Position numbers and translations under genes: made by a program
Shown here: positions 1 through 15,236 of the stretch, piece by piece
How positions within the stretch are numbered: position 1 is the stretch's first letter
Layout: each line of letters starts with the position of its first letter
Source: the human T2T-CHM13v2.0 reference genome, Homo sapiens
Length of the DNA: 64,000 bases
Assembly: GCF_009914755.1 (NCBI RefSeq)
Contig: NC_060925.1
Strand: one strand, 5' to 3'
Notes under the pieces: model-generated
Databases searched by the model: none
What the model saw: the letters and a program-made list of their open reading frames with translations, nothing else
Told to the model about the DNA's origin: nothing

Positions 1-574
1 CTTATCTGTGGAGTCACGTCTTTGGAGCACCTGGGCTTAGGAAGAATGATTAGTGAATCTGTGTAAGCCAAGCAAAGTTCAAAGACCTGCCCAGTCTTCA
101 TTTCCAAATAATCTCGTATCTATGAGACAGTGGCCGGCAGCGTGACTCAGCCTGACCCCAGCCTCAGTAACAAACTCTGGCAAAGACACGCGGGGAGAGG
201 CTGCAGCGCTTAGAACTTGGAGCCATGGTCACCTGACCCCGGAATGAAACCTGATAAACGAGCATTTACTGAACACCCACTGGAAGTGCTTACAAGGCAC
301 TAAGCTAAGCACCGTCAAGAACCTTGATCTCAAAGGCTGCACCTGTGGCAGGTGACGGAAGGGAATGCTTTTCCCATGCAACTACCTAGGAAAGAAATCC
401 CAGAGACATTTAGGGACTGGTTTAAGGTCATGATGACTGTGGCCAAGCGGAGACTAGACTTCAGATCTCCTGATTTTCAGGGTCACACGTCTCCCCACCA
501 GGTGCACAAATGCCCAGAGACAGTGTGGCTTACTAGCATGAATTTTAAGTGGGAGCAGTGCACCTTCTGTTTAC

Positions 575-735
575 CTGCCGCAGCTATCAACCAGCAGGCC
601 CACGAGCAATGACCCCAACAGGCCGCCCAGAGGAAACATGGAGACGGTGCAAGACCATAGAAGCAGCATGAGCTTCCCGTCCATGAATGTTGCGTGTCGC
701 TCAAAGTAGGTTTCGTTGTAAAATGACTTGAAGAC
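575..735 (-). CDS. SLC2A7: SLC2A7 (GLUT7) coding exon 3 (161 nt); gene continues beyond the window's left edge
   Basis: Reverse strand reads tccag|GTC TTC AAG TCA TTT ([54 protein letters not shown]) to GGC AG|gtaaac. Same 161-nt size as SLC2A5 exon 3. Confidence 0.95.
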
Positions 736-2615
736 CTGGAAAACATTGCCCCATCCACAGCTAAGAATATTGGGCAGTTCATGAGAAATGAGAAAGTGTT
801 CTCAGTGGCCACTTGTCATTGTACAGAGAGGTTTTTCTGCTAACACCTATAAGACACAGTTAAACCCACTGATTCCCTACTATTACCTGAGAATCAAAAA
901 ATCTACTATATGATGGGTTGAAATGAGAAACTAGGCTGAACAAAAAGATTGTTACAAAATCACTGTTAAAAAATTTACTTTTGGCTGGACGCAGTGGCTC
1001 ACGCCCGTAATCCCGGCACTTTGGGAGGTTGAGGCGGGCAGATCATGAAGTCAGGAGATCGAGACCACCCTGGCTAACACAGTGAAACCCTGTTTCTACT
1101 AAAAATACAAAAAATTAGCTGGGCGTGGTGGCGGGCGCCTGTAGTCCCAGCTACTCAGGAGGCTGAGGCAGGAGAATGGCGTGAACCTGGGAGGTGGAGC
1201 TTGCAGTGAGCCGAGATTGCGGCACTGCACTCCAGCCTGGGCAACAGAGCGAGACTCCGTCTCAAAAAAAAAAAATTTACTTTTGGCTGGGAATGGCTCA
1301 CACCTGTAATCCTGGCACTTTGGGAGGCCGAGGCGGGAGGATTGCTTGAGGCCAAGGGTTCAAGAGCAACCTGGCCAACATAGGGAGACCCTGTCTCTAT
1401 TAAAAAAAAAGAGAAAAGAAAAGAAAAAAAAATTTTACTTTTGAGAGACTTACGACTTACTCTGCCAGAGGCACCATAGGAAATATTCTTCTTTTTTTTT
1501 TTTTTTTTTTTTTGAGATGAAGTCTCACTCTGTCACCCAGGCTGGAGTGCAGTGGCATGATCTTGGCTCACTGCAACCTCTGATTCCCGGGTTCAAGTGA
1601 TTCTCCTGTCTCAGCCTCCCGAGTAGCTGGAATTACAGATACCCGCCACCATGCCTGGCTAATTTTTGGATTTTTAGTAGAGATGAGGTTTCACCATGTT
1701 GGCCAGGCTGGTCTTGAACTCCTGATTTCAGGTGATCAGGTGATCCACCCACCTCAGCCTCCCAAAGTGCTGGGATTGCAGGCGTGAGCCACCGCTCCCA
1801 GCCCAGGAAATATTTTTACTAATTGTGTGACTTCAGGCAAGTTACAGAACCTCCAGAAACCTTAATTTCCTCATCAGTTATGGAAACAAGATGTACCTTA
1901 TAAAGAATGTGTTAGCATTAAATGTGATTAAGTGATGGTACATTGCTTGACTCGGAGGTTCCATCCATGGTAATAATTGTAAGTACACTAATATATGTAT
2001 ATATACGTAATACACAAACAAATGTAATACAGTGTCTGTAGACATGCTAATATATGTATACAAGCGTAAGCATAGACGTATACCAAGGTCAAGCCTGTAG
2101 TCAGTTCTCAGTCCTCATCTGAGCTCATCAGCACAGGCTGTCCCTCCCTCCTTGACTCTCATCCTTTACTAGGTTTTGGGGACATTCTGCCCTCAGGGTC
2201 TTCCACACCTGCAAGGGCCCCTTCTCTTTTTCCTTTTTTCCCCTTTGCCCCAATCCCTAAATGCCACAGAGTTCAATCTTTGACCCCATTCTCTTTCCAA
2301 TCAACAAGGGGCCTACCCAAGGTGAGAGCAGTGGGACCTGAGGCCCAAAAAGACTGGGCTGGAAAATGGAACAGGTCCCCCAGCATCCCAATGTGCCCGG
2401 AAAGGACGACACTCCAGGGGGAAACACCTCCTGCCACGCCCTGGTCTCCAGGGGTGAGCATCCAGGGTACTAGGGCAAGCTGGCTGCTCCCAAAGGCAAG
2501 ATGGCGCCTCCTACAGGCAAGATGGCAGCCTCCACGGAGGAAGATGGCGGCTACCTTCCACCCACGACCCCGGTCAGCTGCTGCCCGGCCCACCTTGTGC
2601 CCACCTTGTGCCCAC

Positions 2616-2714
2616 CTTGTGCGGCGTGTTGACCACAGAGAGGTTGTAGCCGTACTGGAAGGCTGAGCCAAAGGCCGCGCTCAGTGTCGCCAGCAACAGC
2701 GTCGGCTGGAGCCG
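2616..2714 (-). CDS. SLC2A7: SLC2A7 coding exon 2 (99 nt)
   Basis: ctacag|CGG CTC CAG to CAC AAG|gtgggc encodes [33 protein letters not shown], the GLUT TM1 with the GSxQYGYN motif (ORF 2574..2897). Confidence 0.95.
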
Positions 2715-3934
2715 CTGTAGGAGACAAGTCCAAGGTCGGGACGCTGTGGGCTTGGGCCTCGGGAAGTGGAGTGGCTGGGCCTCCACCTCCCTCCAGCCTG
2801 GGCTGGAAGTGGGGGATGGGGGATCCCAGGCCGTGCCCCCGGAAAAGAGGAGGAGGTGGCGCAGGGCTGGGGCTTTTGGGGGCTGAGGTCTCTGCACGCA
2901 TTCATTCCCTCCTTGAGGATGTATCTGAGCATCTGCTACGTGCCTGGCCCTGTACTAGGCCCTGGAGGCCAAGTGTGAAGTAGGGGATGCTTTAGGAAAA
3001 AGGCCCAGCAAAGCACTGCCTTTAAGAAGCTCACTTTCTAGTGAGGGGAGCCCACCCCGTCCAAGAAAGACAAAGATGATAATTCCAAATAGCTAGAATG
3101 CTGTGAGGACAATAAAATAGGGTGATGGGTGGGGTAGCAGCCTGTGAGGAATGAGAGACTGTGTTCAGTAGGGTGGGCAGGGCAGGGAAGGCCTCTCTGA
3201 GCAGGCGCCCTTTGAGCCGGGACCAGAATGGATGAGAGGGAGCAGCTGTGTAAGCATCGGGGGGAAGAGCATCCCAGACAGAGGGACTCATTGCTTGCCT
3301 CTGCCTCTAGAACAGGCCCTTAGGAAAATCCCGGCAGTCGCCTGTGCTCAGGGCCAGGCTTTCCATGGTTGCCACAACACCCAGGGCAGCTTGGAGGGGA
3401 ACTGGCCTGAGGGCCAAAGTCTGAGGAGCAGGTGGGCAGGGTCTCTGACCATGTCCTAGAGCCAAGGCCCTGGTGCATGCCCCCTCCCCACTGCCCCCTC
3501 CACCCCTCACTCCTGTTCCACATGTCCTCACCCCAACCCTCACACTTAGCTGCCTGGCTGCCCACAGCCCGTAGCTCTGCACATCCAGGAACAACCAGAC
3601 AGAAGGGCAGGATTCGGGCATTCTTCAGAGGCCATCTCCCCTCGATCTTTAAGGGTAGGGGAAGCGGAGGGGAGCAGGGGTGGAAGGGAGAGAGGCATCT
3701 CCAGCACCATCCGCTCTCCCAGCATTCGCTCAGCCACCCTGGCCCATGTCTGAGCCATGAGGTTTGAGCATAGCTGCTTCTCCACATGGCTCTCCCAGGC
3801 CTGGTTATCCTGAAGAAAAAGGAAGCACGCTACCCGCTCCTTGCTAAAAGCATTCCACGGCCTTCACCTCCCTCCACAGGTCTGCACAGCTGGTGGGAGA
3901 GGGACAGTGACAGGTTCCTAGTCTTGGCACTTAC

Positions 3935-3985
3935 CCCCTCCCTGGATGGAATGGGTGGAGGGGTTCCCGCCTCTTTGTTCTCCAT
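3935..3985 (-). CDS. SLC2A7: SLC2A7 coding exon 1 (51 nt, start codon)
   Basis: ATG at 3985-3983 gives MENKEAGTPPPIPSREG, then donor GGG|gtaagt. Matches the recalled GLUT7 N-terminus and joins exon 2 in frame. Confidence 0.93.
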
Positions 3986-4315
3986 CCTTGTTCAGGTGGG
4001 AGAACAGGTGTGCTCTACCTCCCAAGTGACACCTGCTCTGCGCCAGCCACCTAAAGACCGGCTGTTTCTCCCCTGGGCCTACCTGGCTTTATGATCCTTT
4101 TGCTCTCTGGACCCTGCTGACTTTCCCCAGGAGCAAATTCTCCTTGGAAATGTTGATAAGACACACGTTGCCAGTGCACAAATCATACACAGCACGAATT
4201 TCGTCTTTGCACCCACCAAGCCCCAAGCCGAAAGCTCCCTAGTTGCACCAAGGAGAGAGAAAAAACATTGCCTGACATTGGTCCGCAGAAATGAGGACTT
4301 TCAGAGACCCAGTGA

Positions 4316-4782
<467 letters not shown>

Positions 4783-4785
4783 TGA

Positions 4786-5001
<216 letters not shown>

Positions 5002-5581
5002 TTATTTTAGGTTCAGGGTATATGTGAAGGTTTGTTACATAGGTAAACTCGTGCCACGGGGGTTTGTTGTACAGATTATTTCATCACCCAGGTATTAAGC
5101 CCACTTCCCAGTGTTTGTTTGCTGCTCCTCTCCCTCCTCCCACCCTCCAGCCGGAAGTAGATCCCAGTGTTTGCTGTTCCTTTCTGTGTGTTCCTAGGTT
5201 CTTCATATATGCCTCCTCTTGTGCATTTGGACTAATTGTCCATTTGGGGGAAAGAACAAATTAAACACTTTCAGAAAAACACAGTTATTATTTCTAATTA
5301 CACTAAATAGTGTTAAATAAGTCAATAAAATATTGGACAAAGGTGCTTATTTCAGAATCATTTCTACTAGCATTTTTTTTTTAAAGTAGAGAATGATTGA
5401 ATAAATTAGGAGTAACTAATTGATTGGAATGCCAGACTTCTGTTTCAAAGGATAATTATGAAATGTGGGAACATGGAAACATTAACATGTTTTTTAATTA
5501 ACATGACCTTTAAGAGAAGTGATCAAAGCAGAATACACATAGTATACCTGGGGAAGGCCAGGGTGCGGTGGTTCATGCCTA

Positions 5582-6115
<534 letters not shown>

Positions 6116-7422
6116 TCATGCCTCGGCCTCCCAAGTAGCTGGGATTACAGGCGTGCCCCACCATGCCCAGCTAATTTTTGCATTTTTTTTGTTTTTTAGA
6201 CAGAGTCTCACTCTATTGCCCAGGCTGGAGTGCAGTGGCCAGGAGGAGGAGGTGGCACAGGGCTAGGCGCTCTTGGGGGTGAGAGGCATGTGGTCTCATA
6301 TGCCTTGGTTCACTGCAACCTCCGCCTCCTGGGTTCAAGTGTTCTGCCTCAGCCTCCTGAGTAGCTGGGACTACAGGCGTGTGCCACTATGCCTGGCTAA
6401 CTTTCATATTTTTGGTAGAGAGGAGATTTTATAATATAGGCCAGGCTGGTCTCAAATTCCTGACCTCAGGTGATCCACCCTCCTCGGCTTCCCAAAATGC
6501 TGGGATTACAGGTGTGAGCCACCTTGCCTGACCATGTATTTTCAATAGAGATGGAGTTTCAGCATGTTGGCCAGGCTGGCGTTGAACTCCTGGCCTCAAA
6601 TGATCTGTCCACTGCGGCCTCCCAAAGTACTGGTGTTAGAGGTGTGAGCCTCTGCACCCTGCCTGTTGTAGGTATTCTCTAAAGGGATAGGCATTTTCTC
6701 CACTCTGCTCCTCCCTCCTTTCTGAGTCCTCACCAGCAGGGTCATTAACATTCATATTTTTACTAACAGTCTGTTCAAGGTAATCTAGGCTTTTTATAGC
6801 ATGCTTCTAAAAATTCTCCCAGCCTCTTCTCATTGTGCAATGCTAAAGCCATTTACATACTTTTAGCTATTTAGGTATTAACAGCAGCACTCCATTTCCC
6901 AATACCAAAATCTCTATATTAGTTTTCTATGGCTTTTGTAACAAATTACCAAAAACGTAGTGGCTTAAAACAACACATATTTATCATCTTAGGGGTCTAC
7001 GTGTCATAAGTCTGACATGGGTCTCACTGGGCTAAAATAAAGGAATCTGCCATGTTACGACACAGCAGGAAGGTCCTCACCAGATGCAGCTCCTCAATCT
7101 TGGACTTCAGCCTCCAGAATCATGAGCCAAACACACTTCTGTTGCTTATAAATTGCCTACTCTGTGGTATTCTGTTATAGCAACACAAAATGAACTAAGA
7201 CATCTGGTAAGAGCAGGGACCCTAGCCAAATTTTCACAGATGGCTCTGGTGACCCACTTGGAGTTCAAGGGTGCAAGGAGGGAAAAGGCATGCATGGTGT
7301 TTATCTTCCTGGCTACACTGTAAATTCCTAAAGACAGAAGATGCCATGTATGTATCACTTGCATGTCCCAGTGCTGTGCAGAATGTAGGATGACAAGAGC
7401 AGCCCCTCAAACAGCACTGTTA

Positions 7423-7803
<381 letters not shown>

Positions 7804-8710
7804 TCAGGATGCCAACTACCTGCTTTCTCATTCTTCCTGCAGGAACTAAAAAATAATCCTGGAGAAAGCAGATTGAAGGGGGCAAGACTCAGTCTAACTA
7901 ACATTCCAGATTGGAACTTCAGCTCTCCTTTCTGAGCGCCCTTCTGTAATGGAAATGGCCAGTGCACCATGCACTGCCCTGCCCTTGTTCCTGATGTTTC
8001 TGTCCTGGTGGTTAAGCCACTAAGCAATACCAGGACACAGGGCAATGGAGTGAGATTTTCACAAAGAAAAATCTATTCAATTTAAAAGACTGAAATTTAT
8101 TCTGTGATTACATCCTGTCTAGATAGTAAAATGCCCTTTATTTAAAACATTGTTTCCTCAATTTGGTGATGGGAGTTCATTTTTTAAAAATTATATATAT
8201 ATATATATGCAAATTAGAGACACAGTCTCACTTTGCTGCTCAGGCTGGTCTCAAATTCCTGGGCTCAAGCAATCCTGCTGGGATTACAGACATGAGCCAC
8301 TGCACCTGGCCAGTTTTTAAAAAATGTTTTTATTTGCAAAATGGAAAGAGGCAGCCCGATGTTAGTCTACCAAATTTTGGTATGTGACATCTGGAAGTGT
8401 GAAAAACGCTGGTCAAACCTACCTTCCAACTGCCTAATTTGGCTTATGAACATGTCGCCTGGGGGCTGACAACTCCTCCCCAGATCCACTCTTTCTTACT
8501 CTGCTGTCAACCATTTAAAATCCTCTTTACCAAGACTCATTCATTCAAAAAGCACTGAATGAATTCCTACTCTGTGCCAGTCACTGTTCCAGGCATGGTG
8601 GACACAGTGGTGAGCAAACGGGTCTGAACCTTCTTCAGCTGAACCCTCTTCAGCTCCATCTCTCACCTGCCAAGTGTCCTGACCTTGATCCCATCACAGG
8701 GACTTAGCAT

Positions 8711-10073
8711 TGTTATCTGATCTTTGAAGTGTTGATTTTCTGGCCAGAAACCTCTGTGGCCGGTGGCAGCCTTTGCCTGAGTTCTTGTCCCGCATCCAGG
8801 AAGAATGAGGTATGCAGACAAGTGGAGGGTGAACAAGATGAAGAGGAGCTTTATTGAGTGTTAGAACAGCTCAGAGGAGGCCCACAGTAGGTAGCTCCTC
8901 TCTGTAGGCAGATTGTCCCATCGAGTGTTCAGCTCTCAGTAGAGAGGAGGCCCTGGAGAGGGTAGCTCCTCTCTGCAGCTGGTCATCCTGTCGTCTTTCC
9001 ATCCTCTGCCCTGTTCTGGCTGAGTCTGGGGCTTTTATGGACCTCAAAGGGGAGGAAGTACATGCCTATTGGTCCATGGGGGGCCATAGGTGGGCCCAGA
9101 AAAGGCATCACAAGTCCCCAGTCCAGTCTGGAGGACTGGCAGCCCAGCCGCCAGCCTTTAGGCCCTCCCTGGCCTGAAGGTGGGGTCTTACAGGGACCTG
9201 TCCACTTCTGCTCAGGAACCTGTCTGCCTCCCACAGCTGTCTGTGGCACCCGTGTTGCTTGCAGTAAGGGGCACCTGTAGGCCAGCACCGAGCCACCCTC
9301 AGCCCCCCTTAAGCTTCCCCTCTTACACTCATCTGTGCCCAAATTCCAGAGGGGGCCAAGGCAGCAGGGGGCTGGCATGTCAGCACTTCCCAGGGTGTAT
9401 GCACACCCAGCTGAGCTGTGACAGTGCCCAGGCTCAGCCCCAACCCCTCTCCGAGACTGGAGTGGGTGCCAGGAGTGGAGAGAAGCCAGGCAGTGGGAGG
9501 AGACATCCCCAAGTCTGTGGGGACAGAGGGGAGGGGTGGGAAGGCCTTGCCGGGCCCCTGAAGGTGCAGACTGCAGAGACGCCTAGGGCCTGCATCTGGT
9601 GGGGGGCGCAGGTGGAGGCTGCAGCTGCACCTGGGGAGCTCCCACCCCCATGAACTCAGAAGGGGCGGGGCTCCTGCTTGTCCCTAGCTCCTGCTGGCTC
9701 TGGAGCATGCAGCCCTGGCAGTGCCACAGAGATCAAAGTGGGCGCTGACAGCAGGGAGAAGCCAGGCAGCAGAAGCAGGCACTTGCAAGCCTGTGAGGGC
9801 AGCGGGACCTTCCTGGGTCCCCAAGAGTGTGGGGATGCCTGAGTCTGTAGCCACGGTTTGGGCGGCTGCAGCTGCATTGGGAGGTGGGGTCGGTGGGGGC
9901 CTCCTGCCTCCTCCATGGAGCAGAAGGTTAGGGTCTACAGCTGCAGTTTGGGTGGCTGCAGTGGCACCCGGGGAGCTCCTGTTTGCTCCATGGAATGTGC
10001 AGCCTGGGCTGCACCTCCCTGCTGCAGCTGGTGTGATGGCAGCGGCAGCCGTCTGGAGTGGCTGCTGCCATCA
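8711..10073 (-). mobile_element. MER52-family ERV1 solo LTR (about 1.36 kb)
   Basis: Reverse strand begins TGATGGCAGCAGCCACTCCAGACGGCTGCCGCTGCCATC and has a GC-rich body resembling the recalled MER52A consensus; ends ...ATAACA. Confidence 0.75.
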
Positions 10074-10196
10074 CCATCCCCTGACATTGTCTAATTCTCC
10101 CAAAGCGTCATTTCGCCTCAGCTTTCACCGATCTTTGCAGGCAGCTTGGCTCCCAGTGGTCTCCAAACTTTTAAAATCATGCCTCCCCATCAGTAA

Positions 10197-10472
<276 letters not shown>

Positions 10473-13356
10473 TGATCCACCCACCTCAGCCTCCCAAAGT
10501 GCTGGGATTACAGGCGTGAGCCACCACGCCCGGCCTATGTCTACTTATTTTTTATGTTATATATGTGTACGTGTTCTGTAAGTGACATAACACCCACTCA
10601 AGCAGGAATAGCAAAGGGAGGAAGGAAGAGTGAACAATAACTAGAGCTCCCATTCTTTCTTTTCTGCCTCAGTTGTAGTCTTCACCCTAGCAGTCTACCT
10701 TCTGCCCCCACACTACCCCTGACAGCACTCCCTGAGGTCACTGAGTCATTGAATCCAAGGGGAACTCTTTTTCTAGTCTCAGCAAATGGCAGAGCTTGGC
10801 AGCTCAGTCCTCTCTGCTGGCTTTCCTGTGCCCCTTGTTGGATGGTGCTCCATCTCCCACCTTAAAAAAAAAGTTATTTATTTATTTATTTATTAGAGAC
10901 AAGGTCTTGCTCTGTTGCCCAGGCTGAAGTGCACTGGTGTGATCATGACTTCTAGGCACAAGCGATCCTCCTGCCTCAGACACCCGTGTTGCTGGGACTA
11001 CAGGTGTGCATCACCACATTCAGCTAATTATTTTTATTTTTACTTTTTTGTAGACATGGTGGGGGGTGGGGGTTTCTCACTGTGTTGCCCAGGCTGGTCT
11101 CGAACTCATGGCCTTAAGTAATCCTCCCACCTCAACCTCCCTAAGTGCTGAGATTCCAGGCATGAGCCAGCACACCCAGCCCACCTCTCACCTTTCATCC
11201 TCTCAGTTGGCAAACCTGGGGCAATCTTATGCAAATGCGAGGTTTTAACCTATTCTCGAATCTTTTGTAAGGATCTGATTTCCTTGCTGTCTCGTGGGCT
11301 CCTTCAGACTCTTCTCCAGAGCAGCTGGAATGATTTCTTAAATTGCAAATCAGATCAGGATACTCTCTGGCTCAAGTGAGCCAGTGGCCTTCCGACAGAT
11401 TCAGAATAGAATCTCTGATGCTCCTGGGGGCCAACTGAGTGTCTGCACAGTGCCCCCAGGCACCTAGTGCCCCCTTCCACCTCCTCAACCCCCTTTCTGC
11501 CCCGGCATCACTTGCCTCCCATCGTTCCCTGAACCATGGCCAACCCTCTCCCACAAGACATTTGCATCTGCTGCCCCCCAGCCAGCCCCACTCCCCTCTC
11601 TGTTCAGCTGCTTCTCCACCTGTCACCCCTTGGGCTAATCTACTTTTCTTCACTGCAACTCTCACTCAGAACCCTGGCCCCAGGGCCTGGAGCCATGCCT
11701 GGCACACAGTAGGTGCTCACAGATATATGGTTTCCCCAAACTTATGTCCCTGCTCCCCTGAGTTCCAGAGCCACATGCCACCTTCCTTCTGGATATCTTC
11801 TGTGTGTCCCATGATCTCCTCCATCTCAACGTGTCCAAAAAGTATATATGACCTTCTCCTAAAACCTGCCACCCAGCTCTTCCAGCCATTCCCCATTGGC
11901 CCATATTAGAAACCTGGCAGGGACGCCCGACTGCTCACTGCTGAGTGGATCCCAAATCCTACTGACTCTCTGAATGCTCCCTCACATTCGCCCCTGACTA
12001 CTGCTGGCTTTGCTGGGTCCTCATTATTTACCAGCTGGTCTCCCTATCCAAGCCCCACCCCTTCACATTCATGCCAGGTGCTCCTGGAAACTCGGTCATC
12101 ACATAACCCCCGGTTGTCTTGTCAATGAAGTTCAACTTGGCTCCTGGGACCCATAGGATCCACTATAGCTGCCCCCACCCCGCAGCCCCTGCCACCTCTC
12201 TGGCTTCACTTTCAGACCAAATAACTTGTAGCATCCCTCAACGCCTCCACACCTCTCTGTGCTGTCTGTTGCCTGGAATGCCCATCCCTCACTTTCCTAT
12301 CACATCTTCTCCAACTGGAGAAATCACACTTGTTTTTCCAAATTCCTTACCTCCCTTCTATACTCCCACATCTCTCTTCCTGCTGTATTTTACTAACCCA
12401 TGTGTAGATACTTATCTATATTTGTATATGTAGCCTGAATCTATATTAAACTGCATGTGAGTTCATACCAAGTTCTCCAAGTCTACTTGGAGTAGAGAGT
12501 GATCTACTACCACATGGATCATTCGCGCTCTCTCCCTGCTTATCTGTAACCTCCCACTGCAACTGTGAAATGGCCCCCACCATCTGCCATCCATTTACTA
12601 GATTGCTCAATCCTAGTATACATGCAGAGTGGCCTCTCACTGTATCTTATTTGTGAGTTTATTTGTCCTCAAGATTAATGCTTATTCCCAAGCACTGAAA
12701 AGTACCTAAGAAAACTAAATACATGTCACTGATCCAAACACCAAAAACATATAAAGTCATTTAATTCTCACAATGGACATGTGAGACATTTATTATTAGT
12801 GCCATTTAACAGAAGAGAAAACTGAGATACAAAAAAGCCAAGTAACTTTCCAAGTTGCACAACTAATGTGGCAGGACCAAGGTTTGAACCCAGGGAGCAG
12901 ACATCCAGAACCATGAACTTCATAGCCTCCCCTGTGTTAGAGGTGCTGCAGTTTCTTGACTTCTGATATTCTGACCTGGCCTCTCCTCAGCTCTGAGAGC
13001 CTTCATCTTTGGTTGTTTCTGTGCCCCTTCCAGGTTGCAGATCCTTGCTGCAGAAGGCCAAGGATGGTTCAACCACAGTGTTCTATTTACTTCCTCTGGG
13101 CCCGCTTGTGAGTGGTTTAGCTTGTTGCTGGTGGAATCTCCATTACATACCCACAAAAAGTGCTCCCAAGTCCCACTGCTCTCTCTCCCGGCCACCAGCC
13201 CCTGCCACCCATCTATGAGAAGACATCACTTCTTGCTACAGGCCATTCAGCACTTTCAAGGTTTTATCCATATTTTTGCACATACACTCACACTCACACC
13301 CTTTATTCATATCTCTAAGAAAAACCTCCAGCTCTCTATATTTTTGGGGAGAGACC

Positions 13357-13718
13357 TGTGTTAGACCATTTTCATGCTGCTGATAAAGATGTATCAGAGA
13401 CTGGGTAAATTGCAAAGAAAAAGAGATTTAATGGACTTGCCATTCCACATGGCTGGGGAGGCCTCACAATCATGCCAGAAAGCAAAAGGCACGTCTTACC
13501 TGGTGGCAGGCAAGAGAGAATGAGAACCAAGCAAAAGGTGTTACCCCTTACACAACCATCAGATCTCATGAGGCTGATTCACTACCATGAGAACAGTATG
13601 GGGGAAATTGCCCCCATGATTCAATTATCTCCCACAGGGTACCTCCCAGAACACATGGGAATTATGGGAGCTACAATTCAAGATGAGATTTGGGTGGGGA
13701 CACAGCCAAACCATATCA
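13357..13718 (-). mobile_element. THE1-type MaLR LTR
   Basis: Typical tgtgttagaccattttcatgctgctgataaag...gggacacagccaaaccatatca. Confidence 0.8.
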
Positions 13719-14271
13719 AGACCCTGTTCCTTTTCCCTTCCTCCCCCACCACAGTCTCAAGATTTTAAGACTCCTCAAGATTTCATTACATATGTGAGGA
13801 CATTTGGAAGCTTCCTCAATCTTACATGTATTTATTTATTTGAGACAAGGTCTCATTCTGTCATGCAGGCTGGTGTGCAGTGATGCAATCATGACTCAGG
13901 GCAGCCTTGACCTCCCAGGCTCAAGCGATCCTCCCATTTCAGCCTCCCAAATAGCTGGGACCCCAAAGGCGTGTCACCATGCCCAATTAAAAAAATTTTT
14001 TTTGAGATGGGATCTCACTGTGTTGCCCAGGCTGGAGTATAGGGTGCAATTTCAGCTCACTGCAACCTCTACTTCCCAGGCTTAAGCAATCCTCCCACCT
14101 CAGCCTCCAGAGGCCCTCTTCGAGATGCTGGGGATTCAGGCATAAACAAAACTGACCAAGCCCCTGCCCTCAAGGAACTGACACTCGTGCAGTCAAACTG
14201 CCTGAAGTGGCCGGGCGCAGTGGCTCACACCTGTAATCCCAGCACTTTGAGGGGCCTAGGTGGGCGGATCA

Positions 14272-14573
<302 letters not shown>

Positions 14574-14617
14574 TCAAAGAACAGCAGCACGTCTTGTTGA
14601 AAAGTGATCAGGTTCAT

Positions 14618-14623
14618 TTTATT
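14618..14623 (-). terminator. SLC2A5: Polyadenylation signal AATAAA for the main SLC2A5 3'UTR (about 630 nt)
   Basis: tttatt on the + strand at the end of the unique sequence before an Alu. Gives an mRNA of about 2.2 kb, consistent with the recalled GLUT5 transcript size. Confidence 0.7.
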
Positions 14624-15236
14624 GACTACACAGAAGCAATTCCATTTTCCACTAACAAAATAATTTAGGATGAAGAATTCTGACTCAGTGTCTCCACAGG
14701 AACCTGTTCCTCAGCTTTCTGGATGTCATTGTTTCTGACATCACACCTTCCTAGACAGGTATTTCTGGAAAAGGATCTGGTAAGAGGATGAATTTGGCTC
14801 TAAACAAATGCCCATGGCCCCGGAAGACCTGTTGGGGCCACCGAGTTAGTTTCTCTGGCAAAATTTGATTCCTTCCATCTCACCACTATAGTAACTGTTG
14901 TTGTTATGTTACCAGGAGCCACACAAAGGTTGACCCATCAAGGTGGAGCCACGTTACCAGGAGCCACACGAAGGCTGAACCAGCAAAGTGGAGGACCAGC
15001 TGTTTAATTGACTCGGGTCTGGTGACAGGCCAACATGGAGAGAGACAGCCCAGCTTCAAGAACAGCAAGGCAGCCCTTTGCACAGTTCCCACTGGGGTGG
15101 GGAGGCTGGAGATGAGGACTGCATTCCACATCAGAGTTGTTTTATTTCTGGATATTCACAGACAGCTAGAAGTCAGAAAAATAAGCCAAAGTGGGAAGCC
15201 CCTGGCAGACCAGCTCCACTGGCTTCCTCTCCAGAG

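Noticed and set aside
10034-10073. Hairpin TGATGGCAGC...GCTGCCATCA
   Set aside because: Intrinsic to the MER52 LTR terminus.
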